Both the position numbers and the translations under genes were made by a program. This document shows positions 51,501-60,116 of a stretch of 64,000 bases of DNA, in pieces (the stretch's first letter is position 1; each line of letters starts with the position of its first letter). Below the pieces are notes generated by a model, which saw nothing but the letters and a program-made list of their open reading frames with translations, had not been told where the DNA came from and searched no databases. Origin of the DNA: Perna viridis (lineage: Eukaryota); assembly GCA_037379345.1 (NCBI GenBank), contig CM074514.1, positions 3,286,001-3,350,000 of the forward strand. Reading direction: 5' to 3'.

Positions 51501-54500
51501 TGCAACTCCTCCAAAATCACTCATGGGATTTTGATGAAATTTTAAGGGCAGGTTGGGCATCATTTGTAGATTGGCATGAAGGAATGTATTTACTGTTGGA
51601 TGACATTAAAGGGAGATAATCAATTTAAGGGTTTTACATGTTGACCAAACATCCCCCAAGGTATTTACCAATGACCCCAAAACATATCAGATTTTATTTA
51701 TCATATTTATCAAAATTTGCAGTATTACAAATTCAAAATACCTAAAACACTGAAGCTTCATTCCTTGTATTGCACATGGTAGAACCTCTCGGTGATGGCA
51801 TATCCAAAGTTGCAATATATATATGATTGGTATTTTTTGTATTTGAAACCATGTAAGTGCAACTCCTCCTTAATGGCTCCAGAGAATATCATTACATTTA
51901 ATAGGAATGTTGGTATGTACATTTGCATGAGGGAATGTAGCTCCTGTCAGAGGATTCGAAAGGGAGAATGTATGGGTTATATATTTAATTTCATATTCTG
52001 GTACGGTATTCTCTTTGTAAGCTTGTCCACAGTTTATCTACTGGTAGTTTATTTTGCAATATTTTCTGTTTGAAAATTCTAACTTTATAAGTAATTTTTT
52101 TTAATGAATGAAGTGTTTTCAAATGTTATGATAATATGATTGTAGATGAATGTGAAGCCCCCAAGAACTACCTTATACCTTTGTGTCGAGATGATTATGG
52201 GTATTTCTCAGCAGAAAAAGGCAACTTCAAACAGAAATGGCTGCCATTGAATGCATCAGGTATACTGTATTGAAGTGTTTGGCTTAATTGATATGTTTTA
52301 TACTTGAGAACTGTTTGGTAATGTCTTACATAGTAATATTCAGTCATTTTAATTTATGTTAGAGCTCTAATGACAGGGTAGAATGATATGTTCACTGAAA
52401 TTCAGATGTTCAAACATACATATTTTTAGTCCTAAAGAGTCATTTCCATGCAATAGAACTTTTGTATATTTTATAGACCAATTTGACACTCCTGATGAGT
52501 TCTTCACCTACAGTACATCAGAGAGCCTAGGTGGTTATCCATATTGGGGAATATTTTCTACATATGGTGGTGGGGGCTATGTTGCTGAACTAGGACAATC
52601 TATGACTGATGCAAGATCTGTTGTACAGTCATTAATGGATAATAACTGGGTTGACAATAATACCAGAGCCATATTTATAGAAGTCAATCTTTACAATCCT
52701 AATAACAACTTATGGGGAGTATGTTTATATGTTCTGGAATTCCTGCAAACTGGAGGTTAGTTTTATTCCTTTGTGTACTGAAATCAAAGAATGCTATGGT
52801 ATTTCAAACAGTATCAGTTACTGTCAATGGACAGTGGTATGACAAAGTAAACAGAGATATATAAGCAATGGACAAAATATTTAATAGGAAAAAGGCACAC
52901 AGAAAAAGTACATAACTTCATCAATAGAAGTAATAATACACAATAATTATAATTTACATTGAACATTATAGTCTTTTAATATTAATAGCATTAATGTTCC
53001 TTGGAAAAACTATCGTAATGTAACAATTTAATATTACGGCTAATTAATTTTACAGGGATTGAGCCATTTGAGAGATTTTTCATATTTCGGCTTGATCGTT
53101 ATGGCAATGGGTTCATGTACTTTGTTATGGCAATAGAACTGATAACTATGGGCTTTGTAATCTTCTATACTGTTAAAGAAGTCAGAAACATAAGAAAAGA
53201 GAGATGGAGGTACTTCAAGGTAACCATCTAAATACCTGTAGATACATTTCCATTTATAATCTTATTTACTTATGTAGTTGAGAATAATGTTCATCCTACA
53301 TTTTTATACCCCCCACTTTGGAGATATGTAATAGTTATGGTGTCTATCCACACCTTTTTGATTACAGTTTTCTCTGCAACTACTTTAAATCATAGCTACT
53401 TCATAGCTACTTGGTGTTTTGACATCAATTTTGTATATGTATGCCATATTGTGGGATACAATATCAGGCTTGAGTGAAGACTTTTATATTTTGACGGTAT
53501 AATCTCTGAGGTGGTGGATGTTTCCTTTAGTTAGAGTTATTTCTAGTTTACCACTAGGTTGGGGCAAAATTATTCTGGTTACACAGAATTTAATTTTTTT
53601 TTCAATTCGTCTATCTTTATAATTTACACAAATATATTTGCTACCTGCTAAAGCACTTTGACTAATGAACTCTTGTGAGAGAAACTGTCCTGCTTTAGAC
53701 AAAACTTGCATTCATGCTCGCTTTGGCTATTACTGAAAAACCTTTGATAATAAAGTAAAATATTTAAAGTATGTCTATGATTATAATAAAAAAACAAATT
53801 TTTTGATTGCTGAAGTTGTAAAATATTCCTTTACACCAGCAGGAATTATTGCCCTTTTGATGGTTGTAACATTAATGACTAAGTCAGTATATCAAGAGTG
53901 ATATTTTAATCTTGTATTACATTTTGTGAATACCTTATGTTAATATAGATGGTTGACTCTTTTTAGGACTTTTGGAATGTGTGGGAGTGCATTGTACTTG
54001 GTCTGGCCTATGCCCTCATCATAGTGTTTATATACAGATCAGTGATAAGTGTGTGGATGATGAGAAAAATCCGAGATAATCCAAATACCTTTGTCAACTT
54101 TTTCTTTCCAGTAGTTTTAGATGAGGTAAGTTATATCTATGTACCATTGATAAGCTGATGATTCATCAGCAATTTACAATTGTAGATGTATCCATTGAAA
54201 AGTACATTCACAATCTTAATTATTGGCATCTACCGGTACTTATTTTTAAGTGTTTATTTTCACTGAACTCTGATGAAGTGATAACAGTTTGCAAATCATA
54301 ATAACTGATGCATTTTAAATGGGAATTCATATGTACACATGTATCTATGGGTATTTGCTTATTTTATTTATTGACAAGGTCTTATATACACAGAAGAATT
54401 AGATGTTACAGCTATTACAGCTACTAGGAACAATATTCACCAATATAAAGGCTATAACCCTTTCATAGTAATGAATATTGTGTACATCCCTTTGTGATTG

Positions 54501-57322
54501 TATGGATCGATCTGTATATGTACAATACATTTTACTGCAAATTTATTAAATACTGAACTAGTTTAATTATAGATCGAATTTCAGAACTAGTGCAATATTT
54601 ATCTTACTTCTGACTTATTTTCCCACCATTTCATTCTAAAAGTACTGTTTATTGATATAAATATCATCCACATTTAAAAATACATGTAGAATATGGGTAC
54701 ATTAAAACACATTTACATAAAATAAGTTTTATATATTTCAGTGTTGTGGGTACTTCCTTGGTATTCTGGCATTTATGGAGACATTAAGGTTTTTGAGACT
54801 TCTAAGATTCAACAAGAAAGTGGCGTTATTTGGGTCAACAATGTTTTATGTAGCTAAACCTTTGATGAATTTTGGAATTGTTTTTATGTCTGGATTCCTA
54901 GCATTTTCCATAACTGCTTACTTCTTCTTCAACACATATATGTTCGACTTCAGAACCTTCTACTCAACAATATGGACACTGTTATCCATGATGTTAGGTA
55001 TGTTTATATCTCTACAATATTGATCTTGCTATTCCTGGGCAATATTATAGGTAAGTAGATACACAAATAAACCAGATGTTTCTATTCAAGGATCTATCCT
55101 CGTCAGTCAACATTACAGCAGAAGTATTCTTTGTTGTATTACTTTAGAACATAGGTAAAAGTAAGCATATTGACAGGAAGACAGTAAGTTTTAGACATCA
55201 GATAGACAGAAATATCTCACTAGTTTTGTGACCATAATGAAGCAGGGCCTAATCTAAGGAGAGAAATTAACAAAAACTTATTGATGTCTAGATTTGGCTT
55301 TGTGAAGGTATTTTTGTATGTTTTTATTTACAATGGGGACCTGTGTTAAAATTCTAATGTCATTTACATAACATACTATGTTGTCAGTAAAATAAGTTTA
55401 CACAGAAATAGACAATAGACCATAGACAATTTAATTTGCACAAACACATTTACAGTAAATGATTATGGCATGAACAAAAACAGTACAATGTAATATACAT
55501 TACATATAAAGTAAATTTATGACCATGGTGCAACAGTGGTGTAAATCTGATCAAAACAGATTAATCTATAGTTTTAACGTTATATATTAATATAATTTCT
55601 GTTAAATTAAATTGACTTTCGATTCCAACATTCACTCATGAATTTGATAGTTATTTTTAGTATTTCTATAGAGCTACTGTTTAATATATATGCTATGTCT
55701 CTTGGTGTGAGGTGAGGTTTTGATGAAGAAATTAAATTATGGTTGTCCAATTTCATTCTGTATTGATTTCTTTGCGGTGTGTAGTGGGTGCACACCGAGA
55801 AGAAATGATATTCATCCTCTATGTTCCCACTATCACATGATTTACAAATACGTTTTTTTTTCTCTCTATGTTTTTGTACCAACTCCTTTCTATTTCTAGT
55901 GCATGTGCACTCATACGAAATTTACTGATGATAGATCTTTCTATTTTAGATTTACATAAATCAATATATGGGGGTCTTTTAGACGGAATAAATATTTTAC
56001 GGAAAAATGAGTTTTTCATTCATAGCTATTGAGCCTACTAAATTTTGCTTAAACTGATCTTGTAGTCTTTGTTCGATTCTTTTGATATAAAATTGAAGGT
56101 TATTAAGTTGTAAGTTAAGATGACAGAACCCTAATTTATTTAGAATATTTTTTACATGGGACATTCACAAGTTGTTGTTTTTAACTTCACTGAACATTTC
56201 GTAGACTAGTATATCAGGGGAGTTCAGGATATGGTTTAAAAATTCAATCGTATTAAATTGAACTGTTAGATGTAGAGATGTTCTGTTCAGTTCTGCTAAG
56301 CATGCAATGTTTGTAGTTTTACTATTTACTCCAAGGATTTTTTTTTTATGAATTACAAATGTAAGTCATTGAAAGTTTTATTTCAAACCTGTTGATAGAC
56401 ATACTGCAAACAGTTAGAGTTCCTAGTTATATGAGTATTTTATTTCAGGTAAATTTGACTATGAAAAGGCATGGACAAGTACAAGAGTTGCTGGACCTAT
56501 CATTTTTGGATTGTTTGCACTCTGTTTTAACTTTATCTTGGTGAACTTCTTCTTAACTATTGTTATTGATGGTTTTGAAGTGGTACGCAATGACTTATCA
56601 AAACAATCCAATGAATATGAAGTGGTTGATCATATGATGAAAAAGGTTAAATTCCTGATGGGCATAGATGTTCCTAAGAAAAGAAAACCAGGTTATTCTA
56701 TGGACCCTAGATTAAACATTTACACTTATATTGAAGGTAAGTAGTATATAATTAGGACTACATTGAGATTGTAGATGCCCTAGTTTACGTGTGCTATATG
56801 TAATATGATGAAGTCAAACATTTGTGGAAAGTAGCTCTATAGTTCAAATTATAAATTTTACTCATTTATGTAATCCCATATTGGAGTGATCCTTAGATAG
56901 GAGGAAATTACCAGTAACAGTATTAAGCTAAATATGTATCAACTGTAGTTTTGGGAATGATTTAAATTTAAATCTAACTTTTGCCAAACATGAATTGTTA
57001 GTCATAAATTCACTCATTTCTGAATTCATAGTATCTTAAGAAATTAGTAAAATGAAAATAAGAACTTGTCCCCAAAATTCTTAGCTTTTTAAACAAATAC
57101 ACACTATTTTGATGCACTCACAGACATGTTATATATTTTCTGTGTATTTGTATTTCAGGCAAATCTTCAGATCAGGAATTATGTGACAAGTTAGACAATA
57201 AGGTTGCAGATATGATACAGAAATGTAATGGTTTAGCTGAGGTTCCAGAACAGGATGACAGCCTTGAACAGGAATTACAGGCCATTCAATCAAAAAAGCA
57301 AAGAAAAATTGTCACAGGATAG
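9234..57322 (+). CDS. Polycystin-1 family (PKD1/PKD1L/REJ-like) receptor-channel gene, 40 coding exons identified, 5' end incomplete (about 3,820 aa)
   Basis: Manually joined GT-AG exons with compatible phases throughout; total 11,468 nt plus 1 nt from the unseen upstream exon is a multiple of 3 ending in TAG at 57320-57322. Domains: WSC, PKD repeats (WDFGNG, WDVGDG, IDFGDG, WTYGD), REJ, GPS (CIWWD..WSNEGC..HLTSF), PLAT (YELQVFTG..RIWHDN), polycystin channel (ARLRQLRV, YGGGGY, TRAIFIE, RFLRLLRF). Confidence 0.93.
9804..10018 (+). CDS. PKD1-like exon
   Basis: aag/gtatga boundaries, phase 1 to 0, DVLETYAL..DTVLK. Confidence 0.8.
10239..10399. repeat. About 80-bp tandem duplication
   Basis: tgataatgttga..aattgcattatg twice. 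Confidence 0.85.
10529..10920. mobile_element. MITE family A, copy 2
   Basis: aaggtgattcatg (10561) pairs with catgaatcacctt (about 10877); ttaagta..tacttaa outer ends. Confidence 0.7.
11221..11374 (+). CDS. PKD1-like exon (PKD-like, VDMGDG)
   Basis: acag/gtaatc; VQTRVKQLTLTC..SVDMGDGTVYPMQSP. Confidence 0.85.
11663..11823 (+). CDS. PKD1-like exon
   Basis: ttcag/gtactt; DTRGFTSG..GLIHIQ. Confidence 0.8.
11955..12630 (+). CDS. PKD1-like exon
   Basis: ttag/gtaatt; open frame VYKPACTLGYTYCP..FRHTFTGYEYFYNVTATIQN..APFS. Confidence 0.87.
12951..13141 (+). CDS. PKD1-like exon: PKD repeat
   Basis: YTWDFGNG..YNTSGVYTVTVTAANAVN; caag/gtaagt. Confidence 0.9.
13182..13430 (+). mobile_element. Helentron-associated (HINE-like) repeat fragment
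   Basis: ttttatgcccc..ggggcatat hairpin followed by gtccgtccgt microsatellite. Confidence 0.5.
13766..13871 (+). CDS. PKD1-like exon
   Basis: ttcag/gtacag; YVIIVQDTVQNL..WNITQG. Confidence 0.82.
13819..14003 (+). repeat. 61/62-bp tandem array x3 spanning exon end and splice donor
   Basis: Donor GT at 13872, 13933, 13995. Confidence 0.9.
14705..15210 (+). repeat. 95-bp tandem array spanning splice acceptor and exon start (6 acceptor copies)
   Basis: tttcag|gca ending at 14713, 14786, 14881, 14976, 15071, 15166. Confidence 0.92.
15167..15310 (+). CDS. PKD1-like exon (ADMGDG)
   Basis: Last acceptor of the 95-bp array; GTNVTYKADMGDG..GSVN; gtaat donor. Confidence 0.82.
15873..19073 (+). CDS. 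PKD1-like giant exon (3201 nt): tandem PKD repeats and start of REJ domain
   Basis: Core of the 1103-aa ORF; tttag acceptor, gtcagt donor; several (W/I)DFGDG-type PKD motifs; IDPD..FIWMC REJ motif. Confidence 0.95.
19420..19613. mobile_element. MITE family B (ending tactttcacagta)
   Basis: Similar to two adjacent copies at about 29570-29760 and 29815-30006. Confidence 0.65.
19778..19946 (+). CDS. PKD1-like exon (REJ)
   Basis: GILPNAS..IVEGDPPILGL; tttag/gtaagt. Confidence 0.87.
20671..20769 (+). CDS. PKD1-like exon (REJ)
   Basis: CITNCNSKVNADSRYSL; atag/gtatgt. Confidence 0.85.
20828..21097. mobile_element. Foldback MITE with 18-bp TIR and 8-bp TSD (hAT- or P-type)
   Basis: cacaggcccttgggacca / tggtcccaagggcctgtg; caaacaac duplicated on both sides; interior largely palindromic. 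Confidence 0.85.
21295..21494 (+). CDS. PKD1-like exon (REJ)
   Basis: WILYGRSW..YYFKVKTWRWGTNEASA; ttcag/gttaga. Confidence 0.82.
22179..22427. other. GC-rich structured insertion flanked by a 12-bp direct repeat
   Basis: aaaaatgggaca at 22167-22178 and 22428-22439; several hairpins inside. Confidence 0.55.
22612..22824 (+). CDS. PKD1-like exon (REJ)
   Basis: INEKP..INPSVGVAYDTKF; gcag/gtaagt. Confidence 0.87.
24551..24681 (+). CDS. PKD1-like exon (REJ end)
   Basis: IPDGLAENGYMVEIIARAYDQVGA; acag/gtatgt. Confidence 0.87.
25029..25215 (+). CDS. PKD1-like exon
   Basis: VDPANQQDVSD..IVATT; ttag/gtaagt. Confidence 0.83.
25556..25656 (+). CDS. PKD1-like exon
   Basis: ASTQALNL..RVRRTE; ttcag/gttagt. 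Confidence 0.83.
25645..26250 (+). repeat. 32-bp then 42-bp tandem array spanning exon end and splice donor (17 copies)
   Basis: agaaggacagag|gttagtcat units; donor positions 25657-25977 (period 32), then 26019-26226 (period about 42). Confidence 0.93.
26367..26492 (+). CDS. PKD1-like exon (GAIN subdomain A)
   Basis: TRAAILSG..AVQNTAAALSELT..SETAQ; acag/gtaaaa. Confidence 0.85.
27082..27190 (+). CDS. PKD1-like exon
   Basis: EDSVEILKG..TTMVEAL; atag/gtaaga. Confidence 0.83.
27172..28150 (+). repeat. 48-bp tandem array spanning exon end and splice donor (20 donors, decayed tail to about 28320)
   Basis: actatggtggaggctttag|gtaagaactagtaatt..; donors 27191-28103 at period 48. Confidence 0.95.
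28480..28655 (+). CDS. PKD1-like exon
   Basis: GNMMHAAG..RQKTK; acag/gtttgc. Confidence 0.8.
28881..29034 (+). CDS. PKD1-like exon
   Basis: GKEIFLK..KVVGEKDAVLESPKLNITL; gtag/gtatgt. Confidence 0.85.
29363..29466 (+). CDS. PKD1-like exon
   Basis: DPYLEVGG..QVEME; ttag/gtactg. Confidence 0.78.
29570..30006. mobile_element. MITE family B, two adjacent copies
   Basis: accaattttcgtgg..aaattggtat..tactttcac motifs. Confidence 0.65.
30800..31206 (+). CDS. PKD1-like exon (GAIN subdomain B)
   Basis: NVYTW..ISSDVVSLKYRNDSGAEVPV..WYVFIK; gcag/gtaagt. Confidence 0.87.
31475..31669 (+). CDS. PKD1-like exon (GAIN)
   Basis: AESAPTTDDYDFNCTLP; atag/gtaata. Confidence 0.85.
31695..32695. mobile_element. 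Helentron/Helitron-like non-autonomous repeat
   Basis: tgaccttgacctttgacc motifs, (aat)n tract and terminal hairpin ggtcttcc..aagactt. Confidence 0.5.
32958..36930 (+). mobile_element. Decayed BEL/Pao LTR retrotransposon
   Basis: LTR 3' ends at 33108 and 36930 (cacccatagtgtc.acaca); PBS tggagcagtgaccagga at 33110-33126; Gag (DVQCFKYLKAQLTGEA), protease (LFDEGAQRSF), RT (TTPIRIVYDCS, DIEK, LYVDN), RNase H (FTDAS, APLKQLTLPRL); many stops and frameshifts; integrase not seen; 5' boundary approximate. Confidence 0.9.
33842..33997. mobile_element. MITE nested in the BEL/Pao element
   Basis: caggtgcggatccaagga / tcctagatcagcccctg inverted termini. Confidence 0.75.
37060..37300 (-). mobile_element. 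Second Penelope-like RT fragment
   Basis: Minus strand reads DDFNF..VNF..LSRNIPTFPAYGVYISQ across frameshifts. Confidence 0.65.
38586..38857 (+). CDS. PKD1-like exon (GAIN with Thr-rich/acidic insert)
   Basis: TYYIGIK..PPTTTTTEPTTTT..KWKRRACT; ttcag/gtaagt. Confidence 0.85.
40362..40930 (+). mobile_element. HINE-like repeat with (tgtc)n tract and internal tandem subrepeats
   Basis: ctgtctgtcc microsatellite then repeated ctcaagggattttgatg..gggtatcat..tgtcagagg units; related copy at about 51330-52040. Confidence 0.55.
41606..41769 (+). CDS. PKD1-like exon: first half of GPS motif
   Basis: YCIWWDRTTDQWSNEGCE; acag/gtaagc. Confidence 0.92.
41733..43520 (+). repeat. 58-bp tandem array spanning GPS exon end and splice donor (about 30 copies)
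   Basis: tagaactactgaccagtggtctaatgaaggatgtgag|gtaagccatgattactcactg; donor positions 41770-43452 at period 58. Confidence 0.95.
43662..43801 (+). repeat. 79-bp duplication of the start of the GPS/TM1 exon upstream of its acceptor
   Basis: Intronic copy reads IRPQSALDHIHCLPCHLTSF versus exon VGPLSTPDRIHCLSSHLTSF. Confidence 0.8.
43741..43965 (+). CDS. PKD1-like exon: GPS cleavage site (HL/T) and TM1
   Basis: VGPLSTPDRIHCLSSHLTSFAAGF..ENPIIFCTMVSLMCLYLLMCIWARKRD. Confidence 0.93.
44220..44440. mobile_element. Dispersed repeat, copy of 3075-3292
   Basis: agagtaatca..cagggacaaagaccaga..gagcatggacc..gcttttctagaaa shared. Confidence 0.8.
44779..44866 (+). CDS. PKD1-like exon: PLAT start
   Basis: PLPDNDPRDKYLYELQVFTGARKGA. 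Confidence 0.9.
45183..45540. mobile_element. MITE with long imperfect TIRs
   Basis: taagtgtaagtgtttgtaagaatcaggca / tgcctgattcttacagatactgacactta. Confidence 0.7.
45817..45973 (+). CDS. PKD1-like exon: PLAT
   Basis: GTTAKISFILTG..PLGKLTHLR. Confidence 0.9.
46203..47000. mobile_element. Cluster of three tRNA-derived SINE-like copies (one -, two +)
   Basis: A-box-like tggccaagttgtctagg and B-box-like gagtttgagtcc; 46203-46357 is the reverse complement of about 46519-46671; about 46361-46610 is duplicated at about 46770-47000. Confidence 0.7.
47146..47278 (+). CDS. PKD1-like exon: PLAT end
   Basis: IWHDNMGSSPEWYFSR..FICENWLSLDEDDG. Confidence 0.92.
47653..48552 (+). CDS. PKD1-like exon: TM2-TM5 region
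   Basis: DGHLWFSIFKRPAKSNFTRIQRLTCCLSLL..KFKLPYW-like..SQPLK. Confidence 0.93.
49017..49237 (+). CDS. PKD1-like exon
   Basis: VIIIAVIYAIFIKKP..AREER; gtag/gtcagt. Confidence 0.88.
49734..49917 (+). CDS. PKD1-like exon (S1)
   Basis: MYSLLKEIAICVFFLYFILMIAYTNRD. Confidence 0.9.
50515..50686 (+). CDS. PKD1-like exon (TOP domain)
   Basis: FWNWTENALLNSLY..WYNG..LVGSARLRQLRV. Confidence 0.92.
51330..52040 (+). mobile_element. HINE-like repeat, related copy
   Basis: Shares gtgcaactcctcc..gggattttgatgaaat..gaaggaatgt..aaagggagataa units with 40450-40860. Confidence 0.5.
52146..52259 (+). CDS. PKD1-like exon (TOP domain)
   Basis: ECEAP..LCRDDYGYFSAEKGNFKQKW. Confidence 0.88.
52477..52755 (+). CDS. 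PKD1-like exon (TOP domain)
   Basis: TYGGGGYVAELG..WVDNNTRAIFIEVNLYNPNNNLW..LEFLQTGG. Confidence 0.93.
53056..53219 (+). CDS. PKD1-like exon (S2)
   Basis: RLDRYGNG..FYTVKEVRNIRKERWRYFK. Confidence 0.92.
53967..54125 (+). CDS. PKD1-like exon (S3)
   Basis: DFWNVWECIVLG..FVNFFFPVVLDE. Confidence 0.92.
54742..54997 (+). CDS. PKD1-like exon (S4-S5, pore helix)
   Basis: LRFLRLLRFNKK..FRTFYSTIWTLLSMML. Confidence 0.92.
55607..56345 (-). mobile_element. Decayed LINE 3' fragment (C-terminal CCHC-type region)
   Basis: ISKFRMSAHALEIE..RICKSCDSGNIEDEYHFFSVCTHY, frameshifted. Confidence 0.8.
56449..56736 (+). CDS. PKD1-like exon (filter, S6)
   Basis: GKFDYE..AGPIIF..FILVNFFLTIVIDGF..NEYEVVDHM. Confidence 0.92.
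57159..57322 (+). CDS. PKD1-like last coding exon (coiled-coil-like tail, stop)
   Basis: GKSSDQELCDKLDNKVADMIQK..KIVTG then TAG. Confidence 0.85.
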
Positions 57323-57897
57323 AATTATAATACTGCTGTTAAAGATTTTTATGGACAATGGAAATTTAAATGAACTTAAGGATATTTGTTTGAAAGGACA
57401 TGTTTTCAATCTGAGTTTTGTTGTTATTTTGTTAGTAATAATGAAGTTTTAGGCATATTATGTGGTTGGTCTTATTTTATATGTTCACCCACAAGTTTGT
57501 GTGGACTCATGCCATCATTTGGTGTCTGTGATTTTACATAAATTTCTCCATTGAAACCATACATCTGGCATAGTTTGGTGGCGAAACATTTAAAGAAAAT
57601 ATATATTATGTCTTTAATCAGAACTAAGTGGCTGCTGTATCTGTAGATAGAACAAGTGGGCAATATACTCCTTTCTGTACCCTTTATCTTAGATGTGAGA
57701 CATAAAATCTCATTTCAGATTCATCACATGCTTTTCATTTTGGTCAACCTTGTCCGAAAAGTCCTTTATAAGTCCTTTCTCTGGTCAAATTTGGGAATTT
57801 TAGTTCACAACTCAAAAAAAAAAAAAAAAAAAACAATAACAGAAAGAGAAAATTGTAATATTTGCAGTATAACCAAATTTGCGTTATATATATAAGT

Positions 57898-58089
57898 GAT
57901 ACATCATCTAGGTTGTATGGGACATCACTATTGAAGTACATTGATGCATCCCCTAGGTTGGATGGGACATCACTATTGAGGTACATTGATACATCCCCTA
58001 GGTTGGATGGGACATCACTATTGAAGTACATTGATACATCCCCTAGGTTGGATGGGACATTAGTATTGAAGTACATTGATACATCACTA
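57898..58089. repeat. 45-bp minisatellite (about 4 copies; resumes at about 58720-58780)
   Basis: gatacatcccctaggttggatgggacatcactattgaagtacatt units. Confidence 0.88.
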
Positions 58090-58716
58090 CTCCTACAACG
58101 TAAGAGGTTGTAATTCTGTTCCTCCATACCCTAACCTCTTACTTCCGAGCGCCATATGCATAACGCTCGTTTCGCCGTTCCTTGAAATCGGCAGAATTAT
58201 AGTAAACTATTTCCCATTTGAAATGTTTTATACAGTTTCTTTTCCATTACACGGGAGAAGGTGACTAAAGAAAAACAATGACCTTAAAATGACAATTAAA
58301 ATGAACTTCATATTTGGTTTTTAGCTTTTTGAGTGTGTTATTCCGGTTGATAAAATTACGGATTTTAAAATTTGCGAAACGAACATATCAAATTAACCAA
58401 TGAATTGCCTTTACCAACTTTAAGTTTGTTTTGTCAAAAATATATTGTATTCTGTAAAATTAGTGACCTAATTCAAAATTGTTGGTCATTTTGACAACTG
58501 CCTTCATTACAAATGTTTTCTAGGTATTTAACAAATATTTAATTTTTTTTGTTCGATTTCCGGTAGGTTAAACTTCTTTTTTGTAAATAAAAGACAAAGT
58601 ATTAAAAACACTAGCTAATTAACATTTGCAGTGGCTTTCAACATGTCAGATGCTAGAGGTTAGGATGGCACCAAGTCAGAAAATAGCTTGTAAGACAACT
58701 TCTAGCATTGCTGGAG
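58090..58716. mobile_element. Probable TIR element interrupting the 45-bp minisatellite
   Basis: Imperfect inverted ends ctcctacaacgtaagaggttgt / acaacttctagcattgctggag and inner cctaacctct / agaggttagg. Confidence 0.5.
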
Positions 58717-59167
58717 AAAGGACATCACTATGAAAGTACATTAATACATCACGTACGTTGTATAGGACATCAATATTAAAGCTCTTATTTTGCAGATTTT
58801 GACAAAATGAATGCAGAGCTTTAGAAAAATCTCATCTTTTTTATTAATAATCCTGAAATTTCTGAAGCAGATTTGTTATTACAGTTAAAAGCAGAACCAT
58901 GGTGAAGTAAAATAAAAATAAGTAATTCCATATAAAAACTGTATTAGCCATAGCAACAATACTGAATCCAGTGTGCTTAATGAAATATGAAGTTTAGTAA
59001 CCACATGGTGGTCACATTATATCAAAAAGGAAAGCCAAAAGCAAGATACTCACACATTCTTTAAAAAAAATGAATTGGGCACAGGTTCTGTTAGACTTGA
59101 CATCCATAAAACAATAGTAGCACTCTAAAATCTAAAATGACCAAAATATGGTGGATCAAAATAATGT

Positions 59168-59173
59168 TTTATT
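59168..59173 (-). promoter_or_regulatory. Candidate polyadenylation signal of the DYDC-like gene
   Basis: AATAAA on the - strand about 700 nt after the stop codon. Confidence 0.4.
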
Positions 59174-59864
59174 TTTGATTTGCAGAATACACAAAATACA
59201 ATGCAAACAATTCACGTAAAAAAATTACAATATAAAATAATGCTACAGCAGATTATACAATCAGGTTTTGGGGAACAAGGCAAGACAAGGGAATTAACTC
59301 TACTGGAATGGCACTGGTTCCCTCATACTGGTAACTAAGACTAGATCAGCACCAATTTTGATTATTTGTGTTTTACACTCATAACTACTTTGATACAATA
59401 AGTTAAAACAAAAAGGATTGTCAAGAATTATAACAACTGAGTACAATGTCAACCTCATTAACTTCTTACGTACTTATTTATGTAATTAGGTCAAATAAAA
59501 ATGGGACAAATATCACAGAAAGTCAGGAAGAAACAAACAAAATCTCATATCTTTTTCAAAATTTAAAAAAAACAATAAAATAACAAAGAAAATTTTGAGA
59601 AATCTGGTCCAAGTGCCACAAAACTTGAAAAATGACTTGAGTGAGAAAATTGTTGGCTGTTGAAGACGTCATCAATTTCCAAGACATTGAGTTAGTATGG
59701 AAGTTAAACATGTTCTCAGGTTTATCTATTTTTGAAGTTTTGTGGCAATCAAACCAGATTGTACCTTAAACAAAGTGATGTAACTACTAAGTACAAACAA
59801 GTTTTTCTAAGAATGCCTCAGGGTTTATGTGATGGAAGTGACTAATAATGAGTCAATATTATAT

Positions 59865-59936
59865 TCAATCTTCAGCAGGTGCTTCCTCTTTTTCTTCCTC
59901 TTTACTTTCTGCTTCCTTACTTTCCTGTGTTTCTTC
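59865..59936 (-). CDS. DYDC-like exon 4 (stop)
   Basis: EETQESKEAESKEEEKEEAPAED then TGA; acag acceptor. Confidence 0.8.
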   Translation of the reverse strand, partial: EETQESKEAESKEEEKEEAPAED

Positions 59937-60081
59937 CTGTAATAACAAAGTAAAGTTATCTCAAGTCTGTTCAACAAAATTGAGTGGGTTTTAAACATAC
60001 TTTTTTGCCACAGGAGAGTTACCCTAAAAAGCAAAAAAATATGAATGGAGACATATTCTTTAAAAACTCATTTAAATATTC

Positions 60082-60116
<35 letters not shown>

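Noticed and set aside
57744-58127. 127-aa repetitive ORF on the - strand
   Set aside because: Translation of the 45-bp minisatellite plus a poly(A/T) tract.
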